Source: an uncultured delta proteobacterium (GTDB lineage: Bacteria; Desulfobacterota; Desulfobacteria; Desulfobacterales; JAFDCJ01). Taken from it: a stretch of 64,000 nt of DNA. The notes under the pieces are model-generated. The model was not told where the DNA came from. It did no database searches and worked only from the letters and a program-made list of their open reading frames with translations. The stretch spans positions 21,554 to 85,553 of the forward strand of contig CAVYNY010000036.1 of NCBI GenBank assembly GCA_963769935.1, read 5' to 3'. A program made the position numbers and the translations under genes. Shown in pieces: positions 28,889-37,849 of the stretch (position 1 is the stretch's first letter; each line of letters starts with the position of its first letter).

Positions 28889-29695
28889 TCAATAATTATA
28901 CTTCCTTAAAATCGCTTCCAGCACTGACCCGGCAATCGCGCGGGCTTTATCAGAGATTGTGCAACAATAACCCGCCTCACCCCTTGGATCGATATCACCG
29001 ATTTTTAAACCTCGCGTAACCTCGATATCGGGACGAATAAGTCCGCGCAGAACACCATCTATCCGGGACCGAACATCATTTCCCCCAACTGAACCAACGA
29101 TTTGATCACAGCGGACGGAATCTCCGATTTTCAGTTTCGGCTGAAATCGACCGTCGGCCGGTGCCCGCAACACCCGCTCCTCGGCAAAACCGCCGATGGA
29201 GCCGGGAATTCCGGTATTGGGCGCAGCGCAGCCGGTCGTAATAATCCGGCCCAGATTGTGCCCCCGATTGGTTTCAACCACCATATGGACATCCTGGCCG
29301 GCATTGAAGCCGGGCCCCAGACCGATCACAAGCTCGGCATCGGTCATCCGGGTCCCCAGATTTCTTTTGGCCAAAAGGGCGTCTACAATTACATTGGGCC
29401 GGATCGAGCTTAATGCCAGCCACCTGGGATCCACAATGACGGCAATATTATTCTTTTCCCAGCATGTTTTAACCTCGACCGGATTAGCTGCCAGCACCGC
29501 CGTAACTTCTTCAACCTGCTTTTGTCCATCATGCACCGCCTCACAAAACGAAACCTCACGTCGCACAGCAAGCGGATGGTCGGTTTCCAGCATGACGATG
29601 TTTTTAAAATTGGCCCTGAATAACCGCCAGGCCACGGAGCTGCCCATTTCTCCGGCGCCTTTAACGGCAAAGATAAGGTCACGCAACTTGGTCAT
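28889..29695 (-). CDS. yqeB: Selenium-dependent molybdenum hydroxylase system protein YqeB
   Basis: KGAGEMGS, PLAVRREVSF, IGLGPGF, ETNRGHNLG, KIGDIDPR, ISDKARAIAGSVLEA. Confidence 0.92.
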   Translation of the reverse strand: MTKLRDLIFAVKGAGEMGSSVAWRLFRANFKNIVMLETDHPLAVRREVSFCEAVHDGQKQVEEVTAVLAANPVEVKTCWEKNNIAVIVDPRWLALSSIRPNVIVDALLAKRNLGTRMTDAELVIGLGPGFNAGQDVHMVVETNRGHNLGRIITTGCAAPNTGIPGSIGGFAEERVLRAPADGRFQPKLKIGDSVRCDQIVGSVGGNDVRSRIDGVLRGLIRPDIEVTRGLKIGDIDPRGEAGYCCTISDKARAIAGSVLEAILRKYNY

Positions 29696-29765
29696 TTGAG
29701 AGATCCTTTTTTAAATATAGAATGAAGCAGCCAAATGACATCGGAAAGAAGACGGAAGTCTGAAG

Positions 29766-30461
29766 TCAGAGAGCTTCTTCCTTGTCAAATTCACGGCCGG
29801 AAACACCCTTTTCCGCTTCATACTCTTGGATCCACCGTCGGATGCGTTCTTGTCCGTATTCTTTTTCCCAGGCTGCTACAATTTCTCCGACCGGAATATC
29901 GGGGTAGGCCCCATGGTCCGCTACATACTCCATAAACTGCTTATTGTCCGTGTTGAACGGTTGAAATATGGAGTCCTGACGGCCATCGAATTCTAAGGGG
30001 ATTACCCTGTGCCGCTTGCAAAGCTGGATGTTGAAGGCCGGGGTGGCTTTACACCACCGGCCGTTCAGATAAAACTCGGTAAAACCGTGATAGACGAACA
30101 GGTCGGATCCGAGAAACTCCAACAGCTGTTTGGTCGCCAGATGGTTGCGGACATCGGCAAATCCCACCCTTGAGGGAATACCGCAAGCCCGGCCCAGTGC
30201 GCAGAGGAGCGTCGCTTTGCCGACGCAAAACGCCCGGCCCTTTTTTAAAACATTGCTTGCACGGTAATGTTCCGGCCGGTAAAACGGCAGATATGGATCA
30301 TACCAGATGACGTCTCTGACAGCATAATATAGCTTTACGGCCATTGAAACCGGATCCGGGCCGGCGTCCTTAACCGCCGTGCCGGCATAGCTCACAATAG
30401 TTTCGTGATCACTATCGATAATCGGCGTGGGTGTGAGATAGACGCTATGTTCCGAACCCAT
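29766..30461 (-). CDS. Transglutaminase-like domain protein
   Basis: FCVGKATLLCALGRACGIPSR, DVRNHL, YHGFTEFYLNGRWCKATPAFN. Confidence 0.88.
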   Translation of the reverse strand: MGSEHSVYLTPTPIIDSDHETIVSYAGTAVKDAGPDPVSMAVKLYYAVRDVIWYDPYLPFYRPEHYRASNVLKKGRAFCVGKATLLCALGRACGIPSRVGFADVRNHLATKQLLEFLGSDLFVYHGFTEFYLNGRWCKATPAFNIQLCKRHRVIPLEFDGRQDSIFQPFNTDNKQFMEYVADHGAYPDIPVGEIVAAWEKEYGQERIRRWIQEYEAEKGVSGREFDKEEAL

Positions 30462-30524
30462 CTATTTCTTCCTTTACATCCTTGACCGCTTCGAAATTAG
30501 CGATAAAGGCAATCATTTCAGGCG

Positions 30525-30566
30525 TGCATACGTATACTGTATACCAGCAATAAAAGACTCCGTCAA
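30525..30566 (-). promoter_or_regulatory. Sigma70-like promoter overlapped by GTATAC-repeat operator (site 1)
   Basis: Minus strand TTGACG-N17-TATACA-GTATACGTATGCA, upstream of the transglutaminase-yqeB-yqeC-MFS run. Confidence 0.65.
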
Positions 30567-30691
30567 AGGAATGATGTTGGAAAATTTATAAAAAAATTTG
30601 ACTTATAAAAGGGTTGAACATTCGGTTGTAGATAATATAAGCGGGTTGTGGTAATATTGCCCCAAAAATATTTGAATGAAAGGAGCAACGG

Positions 30692-31024
30692 ATGGCATCA
30701 AAAGTTATGGTAATTATTTCGACGGCGGAAAAAAACAAGGCCTTGACCGGTATCATGTATGCGGTCAATGCCCAAAAAAACAAATGGGTCGAAGATCTCA
30801 AGGTAATATTCTTTGGACCGTTCGAAAACCTGCTGTGCGAGGATGAAGAGGTCGTACAGGCGGCATCCCGTCTGCTGGATTACGAAACCCCCATAGCCTG
30901 TAAATTTTTGTCGGATCGCGACGGCATCAGCGAAAAACTTGAAAAAATGGGCATCAACGTCGAATATGTGGGCTCACTGATTTCAGGCTATATTGAGGAA
31001 GGCTATACCCCCCTTGTGTTTTAA
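30692..31024 (+). CDS. DsrE-like small protein
   Basis: KVMVIIST, VIFFGPFE, PIACK, YVGSLISGYIEEGYTPLVF; AAGGAG RBS. Confidence 0.75.
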   Translation: MASKVMVIISTAEKNKALTGIMYAVNAQKNKWVEDLKVIFFGPFENLLCEDEEVVQAASRLLDYETPIACKFLSDRDGISEKLEKMGINVEYVGSLISGYIEEGYTPLVF

Positions 31025-31322
31025 TTGGACAATCAGGGTCTTCTATCCGGCAAAATTCCAGCGGACAAATCAGGTTTCAGGTGTCAGGTTTCGGGTGTCA
31101 GGTCTCAAAGACGTTAGACCCCGGTATCTGACATGGGGAACCTTAAGAAGCGCCTTGAATTATCCATATGTTGGCGATTCGCCGGCGCCTTCTTCATCCG
31201 AGCACAGTCATCATGGAAAAAACCTATAATTACGGCAAGGCTGCTGAAACAGCAGAATTACAGAATAACTTATGTCGACGGCTCCTGCGCGAACAATTTA
31301 TGCGTCTGACACGTGAAACCTC

Positions 31323-31499
31323 ATATGAAACTACATCTCACACAGAGCGCTCAGAGATCACAGAGGTCTGGGTTTACAACCGCCTGCGGCGAAAGAAAAA
31401 TGTTCTCTGCGGTCTCTGTGAGCTCTAACGGCTTGTCGGGTCGTAGCTCGAAGAGCGAAGCCTGAAAGTGGGCGTGATATTAAATCCAACTGTGTCCGA
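31323..31499 (+). repeat. 177-bp MITE/REP-like element, copy A
   Basis: Reverse complement of 44822-44998 with about 4 mismatches; internal inverted repeats. Confidence 0.9.
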
Positions 31500-31576
31500 T
31501 TTCCAAAAGTATCTTTTATGATCAGACCGGCCGTTGTTTTGGCCGGCGGCGGCGCTGACACCTGAAACCTTTTTTT

Positions 31577-32206
31577 ATGCCTCACAAAAAACAAACAGCC
31601 GGTATTATCTTAGCTGCCGGAATGTCGCTAAGGTTCGGGCAGCCCAAGCTGCTTATGAGGCTGGGCGACAAAAGTTTGCTTGAATGGGTGCTGGATGCTG
31701 CCCTGGCATCCCGTCTGGCCAAGGTTGTGCTGGTACTGGGGCATGAGCATCAGAAAATTTTGCAGACCCTGGGAACCAAAACCAGCCTGCCGCGCCTGCA
31801 AATTGTAATCAACCCTCGGTACCGGGAAGGCCAGAGCCGATCGCTTCAAGCCGGATTGTCAACTCTGCATAAAGCATTCCATTCGGTTATGTTTTTGCTC
31901 GGCGACCAGCCCCGGCTGCAATCAGATACGATAGATCTTCTGCTGGAAAGTTTCTGGAGTTCAGAAAAGGACATCTGTGTTCCGGTTTGCCGGAATAAAA
32001 GGGGCAATCCGACCATTTTCAGCCGCGCTCTTTATTCTAAGCTGATGGCGATCGAGGGTGATATCGGGGCCAGAGATATTATCCTGGAAAGTCCTGGCCA
32101 AGTGCTGTCCGTCGAAGTGGACGATCCACTGGGTTTTGTTGATATCGACTCGCAGGAAGACCTTGCTGGACTTCAAAAGCTTCTCTCGAAGCCCGCTCCA
32201 GTATAA
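31577..32206 (+). CDS. mocA: Molybdenum cofactor cytidylyltransferase (MocA/YgfJ family)
   Basis: ILAAGMSLRFGQPKLL, NPRYREGQSRSL, LGDQP, RGNPTIF, GDIGAR, DIDS. Confidence 0.88.
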   Translation: MPHKKQTAGIILAAGMSLRFGQPKLLMRLGDKSLLEWVLDAALASRLAKVVLVLGHEHQKILQTLGTKTSLPRLQIVINPRYREGQSRSLQAGLSTLHKAFHSVMFLLGDQPRLQSDTIDLLLESFWSSEKDICVPVCRNKRGNPTIFSRALYSKLMAIEGDIGARDIILESPGQVLSVEVDDPLGFVDIDSQEDLAGLQKLLSKPAPV

Positions 32207-32378
32207 ATAAGGAAAAGACGCATGAAAAAGCTGCCCTGCAAACTTATTGGACTTTTTTCTGTCACTATAGTTGTTGGGGTGCTGAGCTGCGCCGGCGGCA
32301 CCCGGGGAGGATTGCCTAGGGTGGAAAATCCCACGCAAGAATTAAGTGACATCGGTTAAATAGGAATAGGGTATTGTC

Positions 32379-32546
32379 CTAACACCCACATATTGTCAGC
32401 CCAAAAATAGCGCCAAAGAGAGCACCGCCTGTCCCACTGACTTTAAATCCGTAATAAGCGCAGGTGACAATCACAACCAGACCTGATAAGGATAATACAA
32501 CAAACGGTGTTCTCCGAAAAAATTTTTTGTCCGACCTTAGTTTCAT
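32379..32546 (-). CDS. Possible 55-aa membrane peptide or gene remnant
   Basis: G-rich RBS, then MKLRSDKKFFRRTPFVVLSLSGLVVIVTCAYYGFKVSGTGGALFGAIFGLTICGC*; below the ORF-track length cutoff. Confidence 0.35.
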   Translation of the reverse strand: MKLRSDKKFFRRTPFVVLSLSGLVVIVTCAYYGFKVSGTGGALFGAIFGLTICGC

Positions 32547-32602
32547 ATCCCCCCCGTAGTTGGAAGTAATGAATTAAGTATCGGCACTAGTTGCCGCTGA
32601 CT

Positions 32603-33799
32603 TTACCCTTTGGTTGCCAAATATTTATTGTAGGAGATGAAACTGGTCGGCAGCAAGATAAACCCGCTGGCAGCCAGAATGATGTTATGCGCAACGTATT
32701 CCATTAAGGAGCCGAAGATCAGCATCGCCAGTGGGATAGAAATGTTGCCGACGGATGAGACAAAACCGAATACGCGTCCCATCATTTTGTCCGGCACTTC
32801 TTTTTGAATCATGCTCCGAAAGCTGGTTCCGGCAAAGATGATCAAGCCCCCGATCGCCGGAAATATCATCAGATAAGGCATCAGCATTCTAATGCCCGAC
32901 ATGTGAATGCCGCCGATCAACAGCAGCGACAGACCGATTAGAAAAACACTGCCGAAAAGAATGAGCGCTTCATTGTGTTTTATATTTCGGATACTGATAA
33001 ACAAAGCTGCGAGCACCGTACCAAGCCCGAAACAGGTCTGTATGAAACCGATATTCTCAGCGCCGCCGCCCTTAAGCTCCGTAGCTAGAACCGGAATGAC
33101 GGCTTCAATGGAGCCCACGAAGAAATGGATTACTCCCACCATTACAAGAATGATCACCAGACTTTTGCTTCGATACACATACCGGCACCCTTCAAAGATA
33201 TCATCCACAATTTTAGTTTGACCTGACGCCGATTTTTCGAGTTTGGGGAGACGGATAAAGCTTTCAAATCCCGCCGAAAACAGATACGACCCGGCATTGA
33301 GAACAAATACCGGCAAATACCCCGCCCAGGCCACCATCAATCCACCCAACACGGGTCCGACAATAGTTGAAATACCGGACACAAACTGGGTCTGGGAATT
33401 GGCCCGGGTCAATTGCTCGCGCCGGACGATCTGGGGAATAATGGCCGGGACGGCAGGGTCAAAAAAGGCCGTGCATACTGAAATTAGAAACTGGACGGCA
33501 AGCAGGGCCGGAAAAGACAGGGCGCCCAGGTAGAATAATACCCCCACGCCCGCGACGATCAGCCCCCTGGCTATATCCGCACCGACGATAATGGCCTTGC
33601 GGCTGTAACGGTCCAGAAACGCACCGCTGATAAATCCTAAGATCATGCCGGGAAAGACCGAACAAAATAATACAAGTCCCATTTTGGCCGGCGACCCTGT
33701 GGTCTTCAGCACCAGGAAGGCCACCGCCAGCATGTGGAATTTGTCCCCAACCTGCGAGACCAGCTGCCCACTCAAAAGCAAGGCTAAGTTTCTGTTCAC
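32603..33799 (-). CDS. MFS transporter (DHA3/MefA-like)
   Basis: GQLVSQVGD, GAFLDRYSRK, FFDPAVPAIIPQIV, MMGRVFG. Confidence 0.9.
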   Translation of the reverse strand: MNRNLALLLSGQLVSQVGDKFHMLAVAFLVLKTTGSPAKMGLVLFCSVFPGMILGFISGAFLDRYSRKAIIVGADIARGLIVAGVGVLFYLGALSFPALLAVQFLISVCTAFFDPAVPAIIPQIVRREQLTRANSQTQFVSGISTIVGPVLGGLMVAWAGYLPVFVLNAGSYLFSAGFESFIRLPKLEKSASGQTKIVDDIFEGCRYVYRSKSLVIILVMVGVIHFFVGSIEAVIPVLATELKGGGAENIGFIQTCFGLGTVLAALFISIRNIKHNEALILFGSVFLIGLSLLLIGGIHMSGIRMLMPYLMIFPAIGGLIIFAGTSFRSMIQKEVPDKMMGRVFGFVSSVGNISIPLAMLIFGSLMEYVAHNIILAASGFILLPTSFISYNKYLATKG

Positions 33800-33864
33800 T
33801 AATTTTACCTTTCAGATAGTCAACTGATAATCAAAAACTAATTGCTTCCAATTGATTTTTAGTA

Positions 33865-34125
33865 TCAATTGGAATTCAATTCCGTCAGCTGGTGGCTGTG
33901 GCTGGGGTCCAGGTCCAGTTCGTAAACCTTTTTTAGCTCTTTGATTTTCTGCAGCGTAGTTTCGTTGAACGGGACCTTGCCGTCAAAGGCATGCAAAACA
34001 ATGCCTTCAATCAGGTCTCCCAGAGTCATGTCCAGGTATTCAGCCAGAGCCTTCAACACCTTGACCATACGTTTTTCAATGCGCATGCCGGTTTGCATCC
34101 GTACTATTTGCGTTTTATCTTTCAT
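33865..34125 (-). CDS. Small ribbon-helix-helix-like hypothetical protein
   Basis: RMQTGMRIEKRMVKVLKALAEYLDMTLGDLIEGIVLHAFDG; GGAG RBS before ATG 34125. Confidence 0.7.
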   Translation of the reverse strand: MKDKTQIVRMQTGMRIEKRMVKVLKALAEYLDMTLGDLIEGIVLHAFDGKVPFNETTLQKIKELKKVYELDLDPSHSHQLTELNSN

Positions 34126-34460
34126 ATCTGCTCCCGTATAATAATACTTTGGTACATTGGTAACTAAAAATCCAAATGCTGTCAATCAAAAAATGTTGGT
34201 ATTTTTCTTGGCATAGGAGGATCTTCAAAATATCAACTATCCGTAAATACATACTTTATTTCGCCTTCGGTCACTAAATCAGGTCGCTGTTGAAAAACTT
34301 CTCTCCTGCTCAGTCAATCTGCACTGTAACGAAAATTCTATAGCCTGGTCTCATATAGTCACGGATGATCTAAGAATAGTGAAATTTTATGCGAAAGGAG
34401 GGCTATTATGCGCGTCACGAAACCGAATGACGGTCTGAAAGTTCATGCGGGCGCCTGAAT

Positions 34461-34688
34461 CTATTCGGCGTTAAGGCAGTTAAAAAACGTTTTGCGGTGG
34501 GAAAGCACCGCTCCTTTAGGTTGTCCGGTCGTACCCGAAGTATACATAATCACATGCGGCTCTTCCGGAACCGCCGGCGCCAGCAAATCAGAGGGAAAAG
34601 GCCACTGACCGCTGTAGGCTTTCACGCCCCCTTGATAATCCATGATGTCGCCGCCGGGCGGGCATGCATCGGCGTATAAAATGTGAAG
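34461..34688 (-). pseudogene. Internal fragment of an AMP-binding acyl-CoA synthetase
   Basis: PHVIMYTSGTTGQPKGAVLSH AMP-binding signature in a ~75-codon stop-to-stop frame; the rest of the gene is absent. Confidence 0.8.
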
Positions 34689-34706
34689 TTATTTTTGAGT
34701 GAGCCC

Positions 34707-36011
34707 TTAGTGCATGGCATTGGGTATAATCAAAGCCAGCTGAGGAAAAAGGACTAGGATCACCATGCTGAGAATACAGGCCAACAAAAAGTAGGAGACG
34801 CTTTTAAAGATGGTCCCCAGCTCGATATCGGGTGCCAATGCTTTGACAACGTAGATGTTCACCCCCACCGGAGGGGTGATGGCACCCATGGTGGTTACCA
34901 TGGTGATGATAATGGAGTACCAGATGGGATCGAAACCAAGAGCGACTCCCAGCGGAAAAAATATCGGGATGGTGAGCACCAGAAACCCCAGTGAATCCAT
35001 AAAACAGCCCCCGATCAGATAAATGGTCAACACGAGGGCTAAGATAACGTAGCGCGACACTGGAAGTGCAGCCGCAAAATCAGCCACAATAAAGGGCAGC
35101 CGCGTCACCGCCAGGAAGCGCCCGAATATAATGGCTCCGGCCACCAGCATAAATACCATGCATGAAATCTTAAGAGTTTCTCCGATGGAATTAATCAATC
35201 CTGCCCAGGTCAACCTGCGACTGATGGCGCTGACGACCAGGGTAAAAAAAACGCCGACCGCCCCGGCCTCGGTAGGGGTAAATAATCCGATATACAGCCC
35301 CCCGATCACCAGTGTAAAAATAGTGATTGCCTCCACAACTCCGAAAAGCGATCTGATTTTTTCGCTCAGACTGGTTTTCGGGCCGGCCGGACCATAGTCC
35401 GGATGAAGCCGGCAAATAACAAAAATGGTCACAACGAATAAAAGTCCCAACAAAATGGCCGGAATGATTCCGGCCAGAAAAAGCTTGACGATGGATTGTT
35501 CGGTCTGCAGGCCGATGATAATTAGAACCACGCTGGGCGGCATCACAGTGCCCAGGGTACCGCCGGTGACCACTGTCCCGCTGCTCAGACGCGTGTCGTA
35601 ATTGTATTTTTTCATCTGGGGCAGCGCCACTGTTCCCATGGTTGCGGCCGTGGCTGTGTTGGAACCGCAGATGGCGGCAAAAAGTTCATCGGCTCCAATG
35701 GTGGCAATCGCCAGGCCTCCGCGCCAGTGTCCCATCCACTTGTAGGCGGCGTCGTAGAGCCGCTCGGCAATACCGGCATTGAAGGCCAGGTACCCCATGA
35801 GAATGAAAAGCGGGATGACGGTGAGTCCATATTTCGAAAAAGTGGTCCAAAGATCCGTGGCGATCATATTCAATGCTGCGTTAAAGGACACGACATATGC
35901 AAAGCCGCAAAACCCTGTGACTGCCATGGCAAAGCTAACGGGCATTCCCAAAAAAAACAGGACCAGAAGAAGGGCGATGATCCCTATGATTCCAACAATC
36001 GATGGATCCAA
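34707..36011 (-). CDS. dctM: TRAP transporter large permease
   Basis: IPLFILMG, FAAICGSNTATAA, GGTLGTVMPPS, FTPTEAGAVG, ITPPVG. Confidence 0.93.
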   Translation of the reverse strand: MDPSIVGIIGIIALLLVLFFLGMPVSFAMAVTGFCGFAYVVSFNAALNMIATDLWTTFSKYGLTVIPLFILMGYLAFNAGIAERLYDAAYKWMGHWRGGLAIATIGADELFAAICGSNTATAATMGTVALPQMKKYNYDTRLSSGTVVTGGTLGTVMPPSVVLIIIGLQTEQSIVKLFLAGIIPAILLGLLFVVTIFVICRLHPDYGPAGPKTSLSEKIRSLFGVVEAITIFTLVIGGLYIGLFTPTEAGAVGVFFTLVVSAISRRLTWAGLINSIGETLKISCMVFMLVAGAIIFGRFLAVTRLPFIVADFAAALPVSRYVILALVLTIYLIGGCFMDSLGFLVLTIPIFFPLGVALGFDPIWYSIIITMVTTMGAITPPVGVNIYVVKALAPDIELGTIFKSVSYFLLACILSMVILVLFPQLALIIPNAMH

Positions 36012-36500
36012 CTAAGTCGCTCCATTTTTGGCAGGAAATAATTTCAATAAATCAACCAGCAGTACGAGCGCAATCAGAAAGCAACCGAGGGCCACACCGT
36101 AAGTGAAGGGGTAATAGATAATCCTCAGCGTCTCGGTAACTTCACCGGTTTCCCGAATAGTTGCTGCCCAGCGGGCAATTTGCCAACCGGCAATGCAAAA
36201 AAATATCATACAGATAAAATAATTGATCCCGTTGAGAATGGTCTGGGTTCTCTTGGAAAATCGATTGACCAGGATGTCAACCGAAATATGGACTTTTTTC
36301 ATCTGAGTATAACCAAGCGCAGAAGCGGTGGCCACCGCACCAAAAAAGCCCATAAGTTCGAAGGTTCCTTTGATCGGCACCCAGACAAGGCGCGAAAAGA
36401 TATTGGCACAGGTCATCAGAATCATTGCCATCATAAACGCCCCTGCAATCAACAAAAAGGTAACACACAAAACCCGAACTGCTTTCTCCAAAATACTCAT
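36012..36500 (-). CDS. dctQ: TRAP transporter small permease
   Basis: 4 TM segments, HISVDIL motif, between dctP and dctM. Confidence 0.9.
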   Translation of the reverse strand: MSILEKAVRVLCVTFLLIAGAFMMAMILMTCANIFSRLVWVPIKGTFELMGFFGAVATASALGYTQMKKVHISVDILVNRFSKRTQTILNGINYFICMIFFCIAGWQIARWAATIRETGEVTETLRIIYYPFTYGVALGCFLIALVLLVDLLKLFPAKNGAT

Positions 36501-36719
36501 CTGCGGATCCCGAGATATGCCTAATATTTTTAGTAACCTGAGCCGGACAAGCCGCTTGGAGCGAAGTGTGGATTTGTCCGCGTGATGATCTCAATTAATT
36601 GAAGAACCCAACCCAAAGTGAACGCTTTATCAAGAAAGCAGAAATTTGGAGACGGATTACGGAATTTTGACAAACCGCAATCCGTCGGGTGCTTATCGGC
36701 GGCTTTTATCGCAAGGCAC

Positions 36720-37742
36720 CTATTTTGAGTATTTTTTAATGAGGGCCTTGATGTCCGCTACAATGGTCTCGCCCGGCAGGCCTTTGGCTTTGGCATCGGC
36801 AACCCATTTGTCGGTGAGCGGCTGCAGCTTGGCATCCCACTTGGCCATTTCTGCGGAAGAAAGTTTGATCACCTCGACCCCCTGTTCATCGACCGCCCAT
36901 TTCATGGCGTTTTTCACGTGGTTGTCCATGTATTCTCCCGTCCACTCCGATTGCTCCACTTTTAAATCGTCCAGTACCTTCTGGACATCTTCGGGCAGCT
37001 TGTTCCAGCTGTCCATGTTCATGATGACTGCAAAGGGATAGATCACCGTGTCGGTCAGCGTGACATATTTACAGCTCTCAGCAAATTTGAAGTCCTTCAT
37101 CACTTCAAGCGAGGAGTAAAGTCCCTTTACCACCCCCTTTTGCAGGGCTTCGACCGTTGCCGGCATCGGCATCCCCACGGGATTGGCGCCCCATGCCGCC
37201 AGAATCTGGGCTGCCCCCCCGGACGCTCTCAAATCCAGTCCCTTAATATCTTCCAGGGTTCTGACGGGAACCTTCGACATAATGTTGGTCGGCGCCGTGG
37301 CAAACATGGCCAAGACTTTGACCTTGGCAAATTCTTCGGGTTGATATTTTGCCCACAGATCCCACAGCACCAGGCTGCCCACGCGCGCATCCGGTATGCC
37401 AAGGGGCAGACTGGTGGAATTCGTAACGATAAACCGGCCCGGCTGGTAGGCCATGCATAAATTACCGATGTCAGCCTGGCCTGCGATCACCCCATCCATC
37501 ATATTTTTGGCGTCAAGCAGGGTGCTGCCCGGGAAGGTGTTCACCGTTACTTTGCCATTGGTGCGCGTTTCGACTTCTTTTTTCCAGCGCTCCATCTGAA
37601 CACAAGGGAAGGTGGGTGCCGGTGGAAAATTGGCATAGCTAAGCTTAATTGATTCGGCAGTCGCTGATACCGGCCCCAAGGCGGTGAAACATAAAGTGGC
37701 AATAAAAACTGCGACCAAGATAAGTCCTAATTTCTGTTTCAT
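36720..37742 (-). CDS. dctP: TRAP transporter substrate-binding protein
   Basis: Signal peptide; TNGKV...FPGSTL, DIKGLDLRA, GANPVGMP, ALQKGVVKG. Confidence 0.92.
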   Translation of the reverse strand: MKQKLGLILVAVFIATLCFTALGPVSATAESIKLSYANFPPAPTFPCVQMERWKKEVETRTNGKVTVNTFPGSTLLDAKNMMDGVIAGQADIGNLCMAYQPGRFIVTNSTSLPLGIPDARVGSLVLWDLWAKYQPEEFAKVKVLAMFATAPTNIMSKVPVRTLEDIKGLDLRASGGAAQILAAWGANPVGMPMPATVEALQKGVVKGLYSSLEVMKDFKFAESCKYVTLTDTVIYPFAVIMNMDSWNKLPEDVQKVLDDLKVEQSEWTGEYMDNHVKNAMKWAVDEQGVEVIKLSSAEMAKWDAKLQPLTDKWVADAKAKGLPGETIVADIKALIKKYSK

Positions 37743-37849
37743 TGTTGGTTTCTCCTTTTTTTAGGGGTAAAAAGCTTAACGTGACCTCAAGTCGATTTAG
37801 TCACCGGGTTAGTTGCGCAAGCTTCAATTCACGGCAGGCGCAGGGGGTT

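Noticed and set aside
34283..34300. IS terminal inverted repeat (GCTGTTGAAAAA)
   Set aside because: No matching partner end or transposase remnant was found nearby.
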